DNA of 64,000 nucleotides from Octopus vulgaris (Eukaryota): positions 19,592,001 through 19,656,000 of the forward strand of contig OX597820.1 in NCBI GenBank assembly GCA_951406725.2, in the 5' to 3' direction. Made by a program: the position numbers and the translations under genes. This document shows, piece after piece, positions 1-12,859 of this stretch. Under the pieces are notes generated by a model. The model ran no database searches and was not told the origin of the DNA. It saw only the letters and a program-made list of their open reading frames with translations. Within the stretch, counting starts at the first letter, position 1. The number at the start of each line of letters is the position of its first letter.

Positions 1-194
1 ACATTGAACCCAGTATTCAACTGGTACTATATAAATGAAGACAGACGGAATGCTACTAAGCACTTTGCATAGTGTGTGAACGATTCTGGCAGCTAATAAT
101 AATAATAATAATAAAGAATTTATTATTGCTACAAAGGGATGGTTGTTTACATTGAAATTGAATAAAATTAAATGGAAAGAAATGGTATACACCG

Positions 195-1137
195 TATGCA
201 AAACGCCATCTCAGGTCCCCCCCCCTAACAGATCCAGAATTATTCTTAAGTGCCCTATTCCAGTTTTATTATTTGGTTTATAAGTGCATGCTGAAAGTCA
301 AGCCATGCACTGCACTCTCACTTAATATTCAAAATATTTTTTGGAGGGTAGTATTGCGCTCATTCTCTTCACCCTGAAGTCGATGAGGTTTTGGATTTGG
401 TTGATGTTTGGTTATATCTAACGTGCACCCTTCTTCACCATTGCCACCTGACAGAGGAAAATTGCTTACAACCCTTGTTGGTCATAGGAAGGTGATTGTT
501 AATTTCGATGGACTCAGCCATTACCTGGATCCATCCTATACAAGTCAACAACTGCTCAACAGTGTTCATATACAAGTATGTGCCAAGCAGTCTGGGTGCA
601 CCATTGACAGGACCAACCTGATGGTGCTTTAGCCCCTTGTAGAGTTTATTGTGAACTGACAGTACCCACCACATATACACATACCTGATAGCATTTGTTT
701 CTTTATCGCCCACAAGGGGCTAAACTAAACAAGGACAGCAAACGGATTAAGTCGATTACATCAACCCCAGTGTGTAACTGGTACTTAATTTATTGACCCC
801 GAAAGGATGAAAGGCAAAGTCGACCTTGGCAGAATTTGAACTCAGACGAGCCCAAATATTACTGTAAGTAATCCTTAGCCCTTGCACTAAAAGACCTCCA
901 GGCCTTCAGTCCAATTGATTTTCATTGAACCTCACATTCATAGTTTCCCTTGATGGTGTTGGTCATGTCCATCACCGGCCCTCTGTAAAAAAAGCTGATG
1001 CGGAAGTTCACCAGCTTCGTTACCTGACAGGTAGAAGTCTCTGAGCACTTGACAACCTTCAAAATGCCAGACACCCAATTTTGGTCCTCAGTTCAACCTA
1101 GGCTGTAACTCTGTCAGCTTTGGCAGCTGCGAAAGAT
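195..1137 (-). mobile_element. Decayed Tx1/L1-clade LINE, 3' end of ORF2 (C-terminal region), interrupted by a SINE at about 695-850
   Basis: Minus-strand translation fragments VLSVHNKLY...VEQLLTCIGWIQVMAESIEI (ORF 435-713) resemble the Tx1-type ORF2 C-terminus (LPVRDKLY...VEQLL...LSAESI, recalled); frameshifted and GC-richer than the flanks. Confidence 0.6.
695..850 (-). mobile_element. SINE family B (Meta-SINE-like central domain), partial
   Basis: Reverse complement of the gtcgactttgcctttcatcctttcggggtc...aagtaccag motif shared by more than 15 copies in the window. Confidence 0.85.
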
Positions 1138-1902
1138 AATGGGGATGATGATAAATAAAATTTATTTCTAAAATTAAAATAAGACTCAAATGTATTGTTA
1201 ATGTATGGTTTATTCATTGTCGTTCTGTGTTCATTGCTGTGAATACTCGAGATATAAAGTTGTTTTGAGCTTACACTTAAATGATAATGATACCTGCACT
1301 TGTCTCTTTTCATTATTTAGTAAATAAATTAAGAATTAATATTTTTTTTATTTCTCTCATGGTGTGTTATTATTGAAGGATTTTCTTTTTATTTGCGTCT
1401 TTCTATGTATTAAAACCAGAAATTATAAAACGATATTAAGATATTGTTGATGATGATCATAAACACCAAACAAAATCCTAATACTTTTATTCCGTCTTCA
1501 CCAACCAAGTTTGTTTATTTTACAACAAATCATGTGATGATTCTATTGCCATGGTAACCACTTTATTAGCACAATCACACACACAGAGCAATTCTCACAC
1601 ACACACATTCAAAAGCTTAGTTACATGTTTATACGAAATTCCATTACATAGAGAAGTTCTATTTATCAAACTTGCTTATTGCTTAATCATACTTTGCTGT
1701 GTAATCAGTGTTTGGAAACTAACGAAGTCTTTATGTATCATTCTAGTTAAGACGTGTCCTAGCTTCTGTCTCTTTCATCATATGCGTCTGGTGTTGTGCA
1801 GTAGTGCACTAATATTATGCAGTGTTGCAATTTATTATTTCTTTTTTTTGTTTTTCAATCAACTATATTTAATAGTGTAGTACATTTAATGAAACCTACC
1901 AT

Positions 1903-2230
1903 AGGTGCAAGCATGGTTGTGTGGTTAAGAAGTTTGCTTCCCAGTCACATGGTTTCAGGTTCAGTCCCACTGTGTGGCACCTTGGACAAATGTCTTCTAT
2001 AGCCCTAGGCTAACAAAAGCCTTGTGAGTGAATTTGGTGGACAGAAAGTGTGTGAAAGCCTGTATGTATGTGTATCATGTTTGTTTTGTTCACTGCTTGG
2101 CAAATGATGTTGGTTTATTTACATCCCCATAACCAGAAGTAATATTAGTACTGGCTTAAAAGAGACACCTTTGTTTGACTAAAGCCTTCAGGTCAGTGCT
2201 CCAGCATGGCCACAGTTCAACAATAAAAGA
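1903..2230 (+). mobile_element. SINE family A (tRNA head, CORE-like accttgggcaagt block), diverged
   Basis: tggttgtgtggttaag...ggttcagtcccactg...gcaccttggac...ccagcatggccacagt; matches younger copies such as 46083-46482. Confidence 0.85.
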
Positions 2231-2999
2231 TGTCTTCACAGTGAAGCAACCCATTTATTTGACATATTCCTTATAGCTTCATACACATACACACGCACAC
2301 GCAGGTTTTTATTTTTTTTATTTTACTATTTACGATGTTTCTATCTTCTCCGTTTTCAAGATGTTTTGTCTGGACAATTATTTTAGCAACCTTGAAGTTC
2401 TTCTCCCTCCTCCTTGCATACTTCCTCCACTTGTAACTCTGGCTTTATTTCTTGTGTCTAAAGCATATCAAATGAAAACTGGTTTCTGGGTTGGTTGCAT
2501 TTACTTAAACCAGAGACAGAACCTTAGACATACTGCAAGGTTGTGGACATTCTATTAGAATGTACATACATGTGTGTTTTCTCTCTCTCATCTCATCTAG
2601 ACTGGTTGCAAACCAAAAGCCACTGAAAATCCACTTGACCCAACCAGCCAATAATAATAATAATAATAATAATACTGTAACATAACAAAGTGTAATATCA
2701 TTGCCACCAGGGTAAAGTGGGTAAGGGTGTTATGTAATATAAAATCCATATGCTGAGATTCCGTTTGTGAAGCCAGACGGCATATACCTTGATGTGATCA
2801 TTAAAGCCTGGAAGGGAGAAATTGTTCTGGGTGTCATGTGGGATGTCTCTTCTCCTTTCAGTAAGTGGCACATTTGCCTCATATCTTGGTAATCTAAGGC
2901 TTGCTGCATTTGTGCTTACCTACCCACAACACAAAAATACAAGGTGAGAGTTTTATACATGGAGCTTGAGTCTTGTTAATATTGGTGCTGGTTCCTGCC

Positions 3000-3134
3000 A
3001 AGGACGACTTCGCCTTTCATCCTTTCGAGGTCGGTAAAATTAAAATTAAGTACCAGTTGCATACTGGGGTTGATCTAATCGACTGGTTCCCACCCCAAAA
3101 ACCTCGGGCATTGTGCCTAGAGTAGAAAAGTATA

Positions 3135-3165
<31 letters not shown>

Positions 3166-3382
3166 TCATTAAGGTGGTAGGCTGGCAGAATCGTTAGCAT
3201 GCCAGGCAAAATGCTTGGCGTTTCATCCGTCTTTAACATTCTGAGTTCAAATTCCTCTGAGGTTGACTTTACTTTTCATTCTTTTGGGGTCGATAAGATA
3301 AGTATCGTTGGAACACTGGGGTTGATGTAACCAACTTACCCCCTCCCTTGAATTTGCTGGCCTTGTGCCAGAATTTGAAATT
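3000..3382 (+). mobile_element. Two SINE family B copies separated by (TA)n
   Basis: gcctttcatcctttcgaggtcg...aagtaccag at 3012-3057; head ggtggtaggctggcagaatcgttagc at about 3173. Confidence 0.8.
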
Positions 3383-3489
3383 AGTATTGATATCGGCGAG
3401 ATCTCGTTCAAAATGGTGCTAGCTTCTTGTGCCTCGCTACAAATATAATAAAAGTTGACAGTTTTTTGTTTTTTACCTTGTAAACAAAT

Positions 3490-3610
3490 AATGCAATATT
3501 ACTTAAGCATTTCATAATGTTTCTTTCTTTTCTGGAAACTCACCACAAACTGGCAGCTGATGGCTCACAGACCAACACCGGTCTGTGGACCACCTCTTTG
3601 AATAGCACTG
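3490..3610. mobile_element. hAT/Charlie (MER5-like) MITE end fragment
   Basis: accggtctgtggaccacctctttgaatagcactg resembles a hAT terminal sequence ending in CACTG. Confidence 0.45.
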
Positions 3611-5754
3611 GTCTAGAGTATACAATACCTGCCCTTCCTGCCAAAATGACAAAGTCATTTTAGCTGCAGTATCTTTGATCATAGATTTACTTGACCAGGG
3701 CTGGTCTGAGGCTAAACAGCAACTAATCTCACAAAAGTCACACATCTTCAATTTGTGTACATAATAAAAAAAATTTAATTTACTATCTCACTCTATTAAA
3801 TGACTTTAAATCATTATTTAATTATTTTTAAGCCACCCTTCAGTCATCAGTTCCTTTTTAATTATAATTTCACAGTTAATGATATTTATCCATTAAGCTA
3901 ACAAGATTGTCTTGATTTTGTTTTGGTAAATGTTTGTGGCATTTGCCAGCAATAATCATTTCTAACAGAGGCACAACAGGCCACAGATTTGGCAGGAAGT
4001 GTTCGTTGGTTACGAAGTATAAAAGTCAAACCCCAGCAAGATTTGAACTCAAGAACGTGAAGGATCATAACTAAATACTGCCAGGCATTCTGCTGTCCAG
4101 TGCTTCACTAACGATTTTGCCTATCCATCATCTTGATATTTGTCTATGACTTTATAAACTGGAGTTGAAAAACATTGTTTATAGAAACAAAGAAAACTAT
4201 AGTCTGTTTACTGTAGCAAACCTCTGGCACCTGGCTATGTCTCACTAACAAGCTTTTAAAATTGTAAGCACACAGCACAGCTGTAGATTTGACTATTTTA
4301 TTTTCATCATCATCATCATCAGTTTTTATCGTCATTATAATTACACAGGTGGTGTGGCAGAATTAGTAAAGTGCTGTGTGTTGTATTTAGTTACTTTGTA
4401 AGTTCAAATTCCTGTAGAGCCATCTTTCTGGGGTCAATGAAAAGTACCTTCCAAATACAGTGGGAGCAATAAAACTGAACTATCTCAGAATTTGGATGTC
4501 CCTGTCTCAGAATTTGTACTTTTTCTGCCTTTGGTAAAAAATCATCATCATCATCATCAGTGGAAAACTTCAAGTGAGCTGGTAGCATCGTTAGCACTCC
4601 AAGCAAAATGCTCAGTGGCATTTCTTCTGACACTTTACATTCCAAGTTCAAATTCTACCAAGATTTTTGACTTTGCCTTTCATCCTATCAGGATTGATAA
4701 AACAAGTGCTAGTTTAGTATTGGGGGTCAATGTAATTGACTTCCCCCTCCCCTCAAAATAGCTGGCCCTGTGCCATAAATTGGAAGGAATCATTAGAAAA
4801 CTTCAAAATTTTTACTTTTGCACTTCAGTTTTTTTCATTCTGTGAAAACAAAAATCTTTCATGGAATTTCAGAATTGTTTTATCCGACTGCTAATTGAAA
4901 AAGCTCCACCAGCTACTTAAATTGTCATTTACATATCCATACAAAACTAGTATAAATTTCCCTACAATATCATTCTACAAATAAACAATCACATCATCAA
5001 AGTCTCAGAGATTGATTGCATGATTGCTATAAAATGATGTGAATAAATGACCATAACATTTGACAGAATAATCTAAATGCTAAAGGATTAAACTTATTGT
5101 CTCATTTATTTGGGGTATCTTTGGACATTTCATGTTCTGATATTTTAAAAAAATAAATATCTACTAGAAATTAACACTTTCACCACAAGCTAACAGATGT
5201 CAATTATGCAGTTCTCTCTCTCTCTGCTAAGAGTAGGGAAATTAAACCTCTTTGTTGTAGGATTTAATTACACCTTAATTAAGTGAAATCTTTTATTTGT
5301 TTCAGTCATTGGGATGTGGCCATGCTGTGGCATCACCAAATTAACTCCCGTATTCGTCTTTTTTTTTTTAAAGTCTGACACGTATTCTATTGGTCTTTCA
5401 GGGAAACTGTTAATTTATGGGGATGTAAACAAACTGTCATCAAGTTGTCAAGTACTGGGAGAGATGACATACTCAAAGAAATACACACACAAACATAGAT
5501 AGATAGAAGTATGTATGTATGTATACACACACACACATTCACACGGTTTCTGCCTACCAGAATTACTCAGCAGGTATTGGTCAGCTCAAGGTACCACACA
5601 GTCAGACTGAACACACAACCATTTCTTGTACATAGCATTGACAGATTGGAATAGGAACTACCAATCTTTTTGCAGTAACCCAGGACTATACAGAGACTTG
5701 TACAAACTGTAAGCAGCTGTATGTTACAGTACTTCAATCCAGTTCCTTCCTTCT

Positions 5755-5995
5755 TGAGCCATGCCAGGCTCATAAGGGCCGGTTTCCCAGTTTCAGTGGC
5801 ATAGAAATTTACCCACCTGGATGGGACACCGGTCCGTCGCAGGATTACTCATTTTTGCCAGCTGAGTGGCCTGGAACAATGTAAAAATGAAGTGTTTTGC
5901 TCAAGAACACAACGCATCGCCTGGTCCAGGAATCGAAACCACAACCATACGATCATGAGTTCAACACCCTAACCACTAAGCCACGTGCCTCCACA
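5755..5995 (-). mobile_element. tRNA-derived SINE with CORE-like and V-SINE-like blocks
   Basis: Minus strand: A-box tggcttagtgg, B-box gtttcgattcc, then ttgtgttcttgagcaaaacac and gacggaccggtgtcccatccagg. Confidence 0.75.
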
Positions 5996-6619
5996 CTTCA
6001 ATCCAGTGGTTTTTAATATATAGTCTGAACAATAGACAAATGTTGAATGATATCCTCTAATCCATCCCCTATGTCTAACCCCTCATTTCAACTGGGTGAG
6101 CTTGAAGTGCCATGGAAAATATAATCTTCAGTGTAAAGATTATAATTTGAACATGAGCTACCAATAAAGCTGAATTTTGTAAGCAACAAAGCTTTGATAT
6201 AAACATTTGTTATACGCCATATGCAAATGTCTCACCTTGTAAAAGCCATCCCATTTCTTCGAAGTACGTGGAAAACAGGTGTAAATATATTTCATATATT
6301 GATTCGATCGTTTGTATAATGAACCAGCTATTTTCTCTGCAGTGCTACATCTTGTTAATCTCTCGGTCAACATGAGCGGTGCTCTTTAACCAACTTAGCG
6401 TTATCAAACATATTTCCTCTAGCTTCTTTGAACCTCTTAATGTAAACGAGAATATCATGATACATTGTTAGGTGAAAAAATATGGGATAGTTTAGTCGAC
6501 TAACTGGAATGTCATGTTTGGCCAGAATATTTTCTGTTTTTTTTTTTTTTGGTGTTTGTTGGCGTGGAAAAAGTGAACTGATTCTGTAACATTTAAGTCT
6601 AAATAATGTTCTGATGTAG

Positions 6620-7020
6620 GTATGGCTGTATGCTAAGCAGTTTGCTTCCCAAGCCCATGGTTTTGAGTTCGGTTCCACTGCATGGCACCTTGAAGCAAGT
6701 ACCTTCTATCAGTCGTAGCTCTGGGTCAATCAAAGGCTGGTGAGTGGATTTGTAGTGAATGGAAACTGAAAGAAGCTTGTTGTGTGTGTTACTATCTCTT
6801 TTCCTTGACATCATGTGATAGTTGTAAACGAATGCCACCATCATGCAAGTGGTGTCCTTTGTTTCCAATCGCCTGTGAAACCTTGTCTGGTCATGGGGAA
6901 ATATATCACCTTGCTTGGAAACAAGGTGAAGGTTGATGACAGGAAAGGCATCTAGCCACAGAAAAATCTGCCTCAGCAAATTTCATCCAAGCCATGCAAA
7001 CAATTTGGACATATTAAACG
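6620..7020 (+). mobile_element. Composite SINE: family A head with a family C-like tail
   Basis: Family A head through gaaactgaaagaagc, then a distinct middle module and ggttgatgacaggaaaggcatc...ggacatattaaacg. Confidence 0.7.
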
Positions 7021-7088
7021 CATTCGCTGTACATGCTGCACACAAACAATCCACAAATACAAATGTGTATCCAAATGCTACCACACAC

Positions 7089-7372
7089 ATCATCATCATC
7101 ATCGTTTAACGTCCGCCTTCCATGCTAGCATGGGTTGGATGATTTTGACTGAGGGCTGGAGAGCCAGATGGCTGCACCAGGCCCCAATCTTGATCTGGCA
7201 GAGTTTCTACAGCTGGATGCCCTTCCTAATGCCAACCACTCCGAGAGTGTATTGGGTGCTTTTTACATGCCACCGGTATGGGGGCCAGTCAGGCGGCACT
7301 GGCAACGATCTGGCTCGAATCTTTTTACAGGTGCCAGTGAAGCGACGTTGGTAACGACCACGCTCGAATGGC
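7089..7372 (-). mobile_element. Retroposon family C ((ATG)n tail)
   Basis: (cat)n cgtttaacgtccgccttccatgctagcatgggttgg...ctggatgcccttcctaatgccaacc; recurs at 19535, 29310, 43635, 47470 and 59536. Confidence 0.85.
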
Positions 7373-7449
7373 GATAGTGCTAATTGTCTTGGTCCTAAAC
7401 TGTAAACACACAAACAGTGTGTATACATGTTTGTGTGTACAAAATAAAG

Positions 7450-7632
7450 TATCGTGAAAGGCTTGGTCAGAGGCCCAGCCTTCCAAGTTCTTTTACGGGG
7501 CTTAGAAAAACTGAAGGAGTGTTGCGATAAGTGTATGAATCTGAGAAGGGTATATGTTGAATGAAATCATAATTAATTGCTCTTCCTGTATTTTATTTTA
7601 TCCAAAATCAGGAACTTTTTCAGAACCCTTTC
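7450..7632 (+). mobile_element. Mariner-derived MITE, partial
   Basis: Encodes GLEKLKECCDKCMNLRRVYVE*, like the mariner transposase C-terminus (GIxKLxxRWxKCxxxxGxYVE*); same family as 8058-8241 and 58224-58438. Confidence 0.7.
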
Positions 7633-7927
7633 TGTATATGATAGCATCAGAACATAAATATATTAAGACATCAGAACATGTATGCATGTACATGTGTGTA
7701 CACTAATACATACATACATACATAAATATATATATAATATACAAATTAAAGATACAACTACTATTATGCAATTCAAACAATGATAGACATAAACCAAAAC
7801 ATAAATAACAAATAGAATATATTTTATATATTTATATTGTGAAATTTGATTTAATACTAAATTGAATTTTTCCCTGTAAGTTTGTAGTTATACTCCCTAA
7901 TATTATAATTATTATTATTATTATTAT

Positions 7928-8056
7928 TGACTGCAAAGAGCTCCGCTCGAAACGTTAAAAACCTCCTTTCCTGAGCGTCCAATAATACTATATTTGTTCC
8001 ACGTCCTCGCGTTGTTGTGTTTTTTTGTGCTTTCTTGTTTGGATTAACTATATATA
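7928..8056 (+). mobile_element. Penelope-like element tail with a degenerate hammerhead core
   Basis: ctgcaaa-GAGC-tcc-GCTC-GAAA-cgtta (7931-7957), then a T-rich tail ending in (TA)n. Confidence 0.5.
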
Positions 8057-8057
8057 C

Positions 8058-8241
8058 ACACTGGTGGGTACTGAAAAGTTCCAGGTTGGAGGCCCAATCT
8101 TCCGAGAAAAACCGAAGGACCACTGCAATAAGTGTGTGAATCTGGCAGGGGATTATATGTTGTACCAAATCATAATTAACTGATCCTCCTGTATTTTCTT
8201 TTTTAACAAAAGCCAGAAACCTTTTACCCCCCCCCTCCCCG
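8058..8241 (+). mobile_element. Mariner-derived MITE, diverged
   Basis: gggtactgaaaagttccagg...tgcaataagtgtgtgaatctg...aaagccagaaaccttt; homologous to 58224-58438. Confidence 0.7.
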
Positions 8242-8798
8242 TATATATATCTGTGTATGTATTTAGGGACATGAAGTTAAACTTAGGAGAACATATTTTT
8301 AGTAAACACGCGTTTTTAGTCTGGCCCTGTAAAGTAGGTAGTGTGGTTTAACCACATGTTTTTCTCTCTCTGACCAGGAAAAGGAAATTGGCTTGACTAG
8401 TTTCAGCACTTACCATTTTTGTTTTTTTTGTTTTTCTCTTTTACTGCTTCATTAGAGATTGGTTATTCATTTTCCTGACCACAGAGAGGGAGAGAGAGAG
8501 AGAATAGTTAGCAAACGGCTATTTATAGAATGCACAAACTTAAAACAAAATAGAAATTGGTCACAGAGAAAAACGTGGTTTAACTGCAACATCTACTTTT
8601 CGTAGTGAAGCTAAAAATGTGTGTTACCTAAAAATACCTGCTCATAAGCTTACCTTGTGTCTCAGTTTAAAACTACTAATGTTTAAATATTCTGTCTGTA
8701 TGTGTCTTTATGGACATATATACATACATATACACACGCATGCTTGCTATTCATCTATTTATTCCCCCTCCCCACACATATATATTTGCATCCCTGTG

Positions 8799-9215
8799 GT
8801 GTAGCAGGAGTGGCTGTGTGGTAAGTAGCTTGCTTTCGAACCACATGGTTCTGGGTTCAGTCCCACTGCGTGGCACCTTGGGCAAGTGTCTTCTACTATA
8901 GCCTCGAGCCAACCAAAGCCTTGTGAGTGGATTTGGTAGAGGGAAACTGAAAGAAGCCCATCGTATATATATATATATATGTGTTTGTATGTTTGTGTGT
9001 CTATTTGTCCCCACCATCACTTGCTGGTGTGTTTACGTCCCCACCATCACATGCTGGTGTGTTTACGTCCCCGTAATTTAGCAGTTCGGCAAAAAGAGAC
9101 CGATAGAATAAGTACTATGCTTACAAAGAATAAGTCCTGGGGGTCGATTTGTTCGACTAAAGGTGGTACTCCAGCATGGTAGCAGTCAAATGACTGAAAC
9201 AAATAAAAGAGTAAA
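8799..9215 (+). mobile_element. SINE family A, full length, with a 28-bp internal duplication
   Basis: Complete head-microsatellite-tail; gtccccaccatcac...gctggtgtgtttac is repeated at about 9007-9066. Confidence 0.92.
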
Positions 9216-9624
9216 TAGCTATATTTTATAATATACATCCACAGATACAAACAAAAGTAGCTGGGGTGTACATATAAATTTACTTACTCCCGTTGTTTAG
9301 CTCCAACTCCGCTCAAATCCATGTACTTACCTCACGAAAGCAAAAGATTTGGTTGTTATTTTACGCAGGTTGGGAGACCTTGCAAATGCCCCCCCACACA
9401 TACACACACCTTCATTTTCTTTTCTTATTCAGTTAAGGAGTGTTTCACAGTTGCTGCTGGTTTCTTTTTCTTTTTTTTCTTAAGGTGGCTCTCTTTATGG
9501 ATTGGGAGCAGTCCACTCCATGCCTTGGCTAAATTCTCTTTATGTGTGTAAACATCTAAATAAATAGTTTGTTTGTGTGTGTGGTACTGTAGAAAGCTGT
9601 TTTATATATATATTTTTTTATATA

Positions 9625-10038
9625 GGCGCAGGAGTGGCTGTGTGGTAAGTAGCTTGCTTACCAACCACATGGTTCCGGGTTCAGTCCCACTGCGTGGCAC
9701 CTTGGGCAAGTGTCTTCTAACTATAGCCTCGAGCCGACAAAAGCCTTGTGAATGGATTTGGTAGACGGAAACTGAAAGAAGCCCGTCGTATATATGCATA
9801 TATATATATGTATTTGTAGGTATATGTCTGTGTTTGTCCCCCCCCAACATCACTTAACCGATGCTGGTGTGTTTACGTCCCCGTCACTTAGCGGTTCGGC
9901 AAAAGAGACCGATAAGTACTAGGCTTACAATGAATAAGTCCTGGGTGTCGATTTGCTCGACTAAAGGCGGTGCTCCAGCATGGCCACAGTCAGTCAAATG
10001 ACTGAAACAAGTAAAAGAGAGTAAGAGAAAAGAGAGAT
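9625..10038 (+). mobile_element. SINE family A, full length, young
   Basis: ggcgcaggagtggctgtgtggtaag...gactgaaacaagtaaaagag; CpGs retained. Confidence 0.95.
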
Positions 10039-11298
10039 ATCAAGTTGATTGAGTAGTGTGTGTTTGTTGGTTAAATTAAAGGTTTGACTTATACAAAAAA
10101 AAGGACCCCCCCCCTCCAACAAATTTTCTTATTTTATATATTTATTTATATGTTTGTTTGTTTTTTATAATGGTCAGTGGGTATCACTTAATCCCTGTCC
10201 ACCTAGTTGCCCTCTCCTTGTTTAGGAGTATCACAAGAAGAAAAAGAAAAAAAAGTAAAAAAAGAAAGAAAGAAAATAATACATTAGTGATGGGTAGGGC
10301 TATGTTAGTTGCTATCTAGTCAGCTTTTAAAAACTGGTTGTTTTTATAGAAAGATGGATATATGATTTGGTCTCTGCTTATACCTTAAAAGTTCTCCACC
10401 GGGGAAAAAAAATATGCTTTACAATCACACAGTAAGTTAAAATTATAATTTCTTCTACACCCACCCTCCTCTCTTCATTCATATATCGACAGAAATTTTG
10501 GCATCTTTCATGTAAAAGTGTTTTGACAAATTATTTCAAGTAACGCATTTAAATTTATATTTTGTTCTTATCAAAGTTGGTATTAATTAATACTCAGAAC
10601 TGCTTTCTTGTTTAACCTGCCTTGTACTCACTTCCTTTACGTATTAATTTGCCATGAAATCCACGTTCTTATATCTTTGCTTTGTAACCACATGGTTTCG
10701 GGTTCGAGTCCCGCTGCATGGTACCTTGGGGGAATGTGTTTTCTGTCTTGTAGTCCCATGCTTGGTAAGCAGTGTCGATTTTACGAATTTAAATAATAAT
10801 AATGATAATATTTTATAAGCTTAAGGCTTTATAAACGATCACCGTGCACTGACTAAGGTAAATGGTCTAATAAATAAATAAATATTATACATACACGTGC
10901 ATGTATGTTTAATGTATTTGTCTTTCGTTTGTGTACATCCCCATAACTTAGCAAACGAGGCCAGACCGAAACCTGGATGTTCTGTTCGAACAAATTATAC
11001 TGCAGTAAACACCATGAAAGAAACTCCTATTTTTGGTACAAAATGCACTCTTGTTTATGTCTGGGGGGGTCATTTTGTTTCACTAAACTTTTCACTGTAA
11101 AGCGCCGTAGCATGGCCACAGTCCAGTCATTAACGCAAACAAGTAAAGCATACAATATATATATATATACATACACTGTATTGACATTTTTCTAATTTTT
11201 CAGATTTTTTATATGCTAGGCTACTGGTTTTAAATTGATATTAATTAAATTAATATTCAATTTATCTCCCTCATTATTTAAATATATATATATATATA

Positions 11299-11429
11299 CA
11301 GGGTGTCCCAAAAAAATGTATACACACCTTAAATAATTGTAAATTTGTTATTCTTTGTAAGCCTAGTACTTATTCTATCGTTCTCTTTTGCCGAACCACT
11401 ATGTGTATACATTTTGGGGGGACACCCTG
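11299..11429. mobile_element. Tc1/mariner-type MITE with TA flanks and a captured SINE fragment
   Basis: TIRs cagggtgtcccaaaaaaatgtatacaca / tgtgtatacattttggggggacaccctg, flanked by TA; interior 11348-11400 is SINE A tail (minus). Confidence 0.8.
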
Positions 11430-11432
11430 TAT

Positions 11433-11640
11433 ATATAAAATTAAATAAGGGTAGAAATTGATATTAATCCAATTAAAACCAGTGGCTTAGCATATTTTTA
11501 AAAAATCCGAAGATTAAAAATTATTTTACATACAAAAATTTAGAGGGCTGACCACTAAAAGTGGACAGCCTATATTTGACGTCTATGTTTAACAATATAG
11601 GCTGTCCGCTTTCAGTGGTCAGTCCTCTAAATTCTGTATA
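11433..11640. mobile_element. TA-associated fold-back element, with an inverted partial copy at about 11185-11285
   Basis: About 40-bp arms aatttagagggctgaccactaaaagtggacagcctatatt / aatataggctgtccgctttcagtggtcagtcctctaaatt (11536-11632). Confidence 0.65.
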
Positions 11641-12848
11641 TATATATAAGGTGATCTAGATGTGTTAATCTTAAACTTAATAACCTAGCTGGTTAGATCT
11701 AAACCAGCTAGTAAGAAAACACTTCTTTGCTCAAAACGAAAAACAACAAAAACCCAGACTTTTTTTTTTAGAGAATTAATCCTTATCTACTCAGTGCAAA
11801 TCTAACTTTTTTTTTTTTTGCTGCTGCTGCTGGTACTACTACTACTTGTAATATAAACCATTTTCTTCCCCCATCTCTCTGCTTTTTGGAATTGCATTTA
11901 TTACTACTATTACTGCTACAACTACTACTACTATTACTACTACTATACACACATATATATATAAAGTTGCAATAATTTAGGAATCTTTGAATTCTCTGCT
12001 ATTCTAATGTTCAATTGTATAATAAACAAGATGCTATATATAATAATATTGATTGGGTAAAATATCTCCAAACGCCTATAATTTTTTTAATACTTTTTTG
12101 CTTATTTTATTTTATTTTAATTATGTTCTTTACTTTATTTATTTTTTTCCTTTTGTTTAAGATGTATTCAAGTGTTTTAATCTCATTTATTCAATTAGGC
12201 TTCTCGTTTCGCAAGCTTTTTATTTTATTCATCGGGTCTTTCATTAGATGAGTGAATATCTGTGGCATAGACTGGTGGTAGGTAAAAAGAATAAATAGAT
12301 AAATAAATAAAATTAAAGAAAGATAGAAAGAAAGAAGGAAAGCTAGTAAACTAAAGTTGGCTGCATCTGTGCGACCCACTACATTATATCTCTTACTCTC
12401 TCTTTCTGCCTCTCTCGCTCTCTGCTTCTCTCTCTCTCTCTTGTCCTGCATACTTTACACACTTCTCACTGCTTGTATGTGCCACATTAGCTACATCAGT
12501 GATAATCATCCAGATAATAGAAAGAGAATTTTGTCTTTGTGTTGTCATTCATGTTGTGCTTATTTCTGTTCTGTGTCTTTCTTTCTCTCTCTCCCTCCCT
12601 CCATCCCTCTTTCAATCTCTCTCCCTCTCTCTCTCTCTCTATTTCTCTCTGTGCTTGCCTTTACAAAAGAAGTCTAGTAGTTCATTTTCAGCAGTAAGGA
12701 TGGGGTTGTTTTTTTTCTTTTTTATAATGTAGAAAAGCAGCTTCTGTTCTTGTTCTTGTTTTGCCTCACTTTTTTTTCAGACTAACACACACACACTCTC
12801 TCTCGCTCTCTTCCTCTCTCTCTCTCTATCTCTTTCTATCTTGGCTAG

Positions 12849-12859
12849 GTCAAACCAGG
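12849..12859 (+). other. Candidate 11-nt microexon (GTCAAACCAGG)
   Basis: ACTAAC branch-like motif at 12781, about 50-nt pyrimidine tract, TAG acceptor (AG 12847-48), donor AGG|GTAAGC at 12860; lies in TE-free DNA. Confidence 0.45.
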
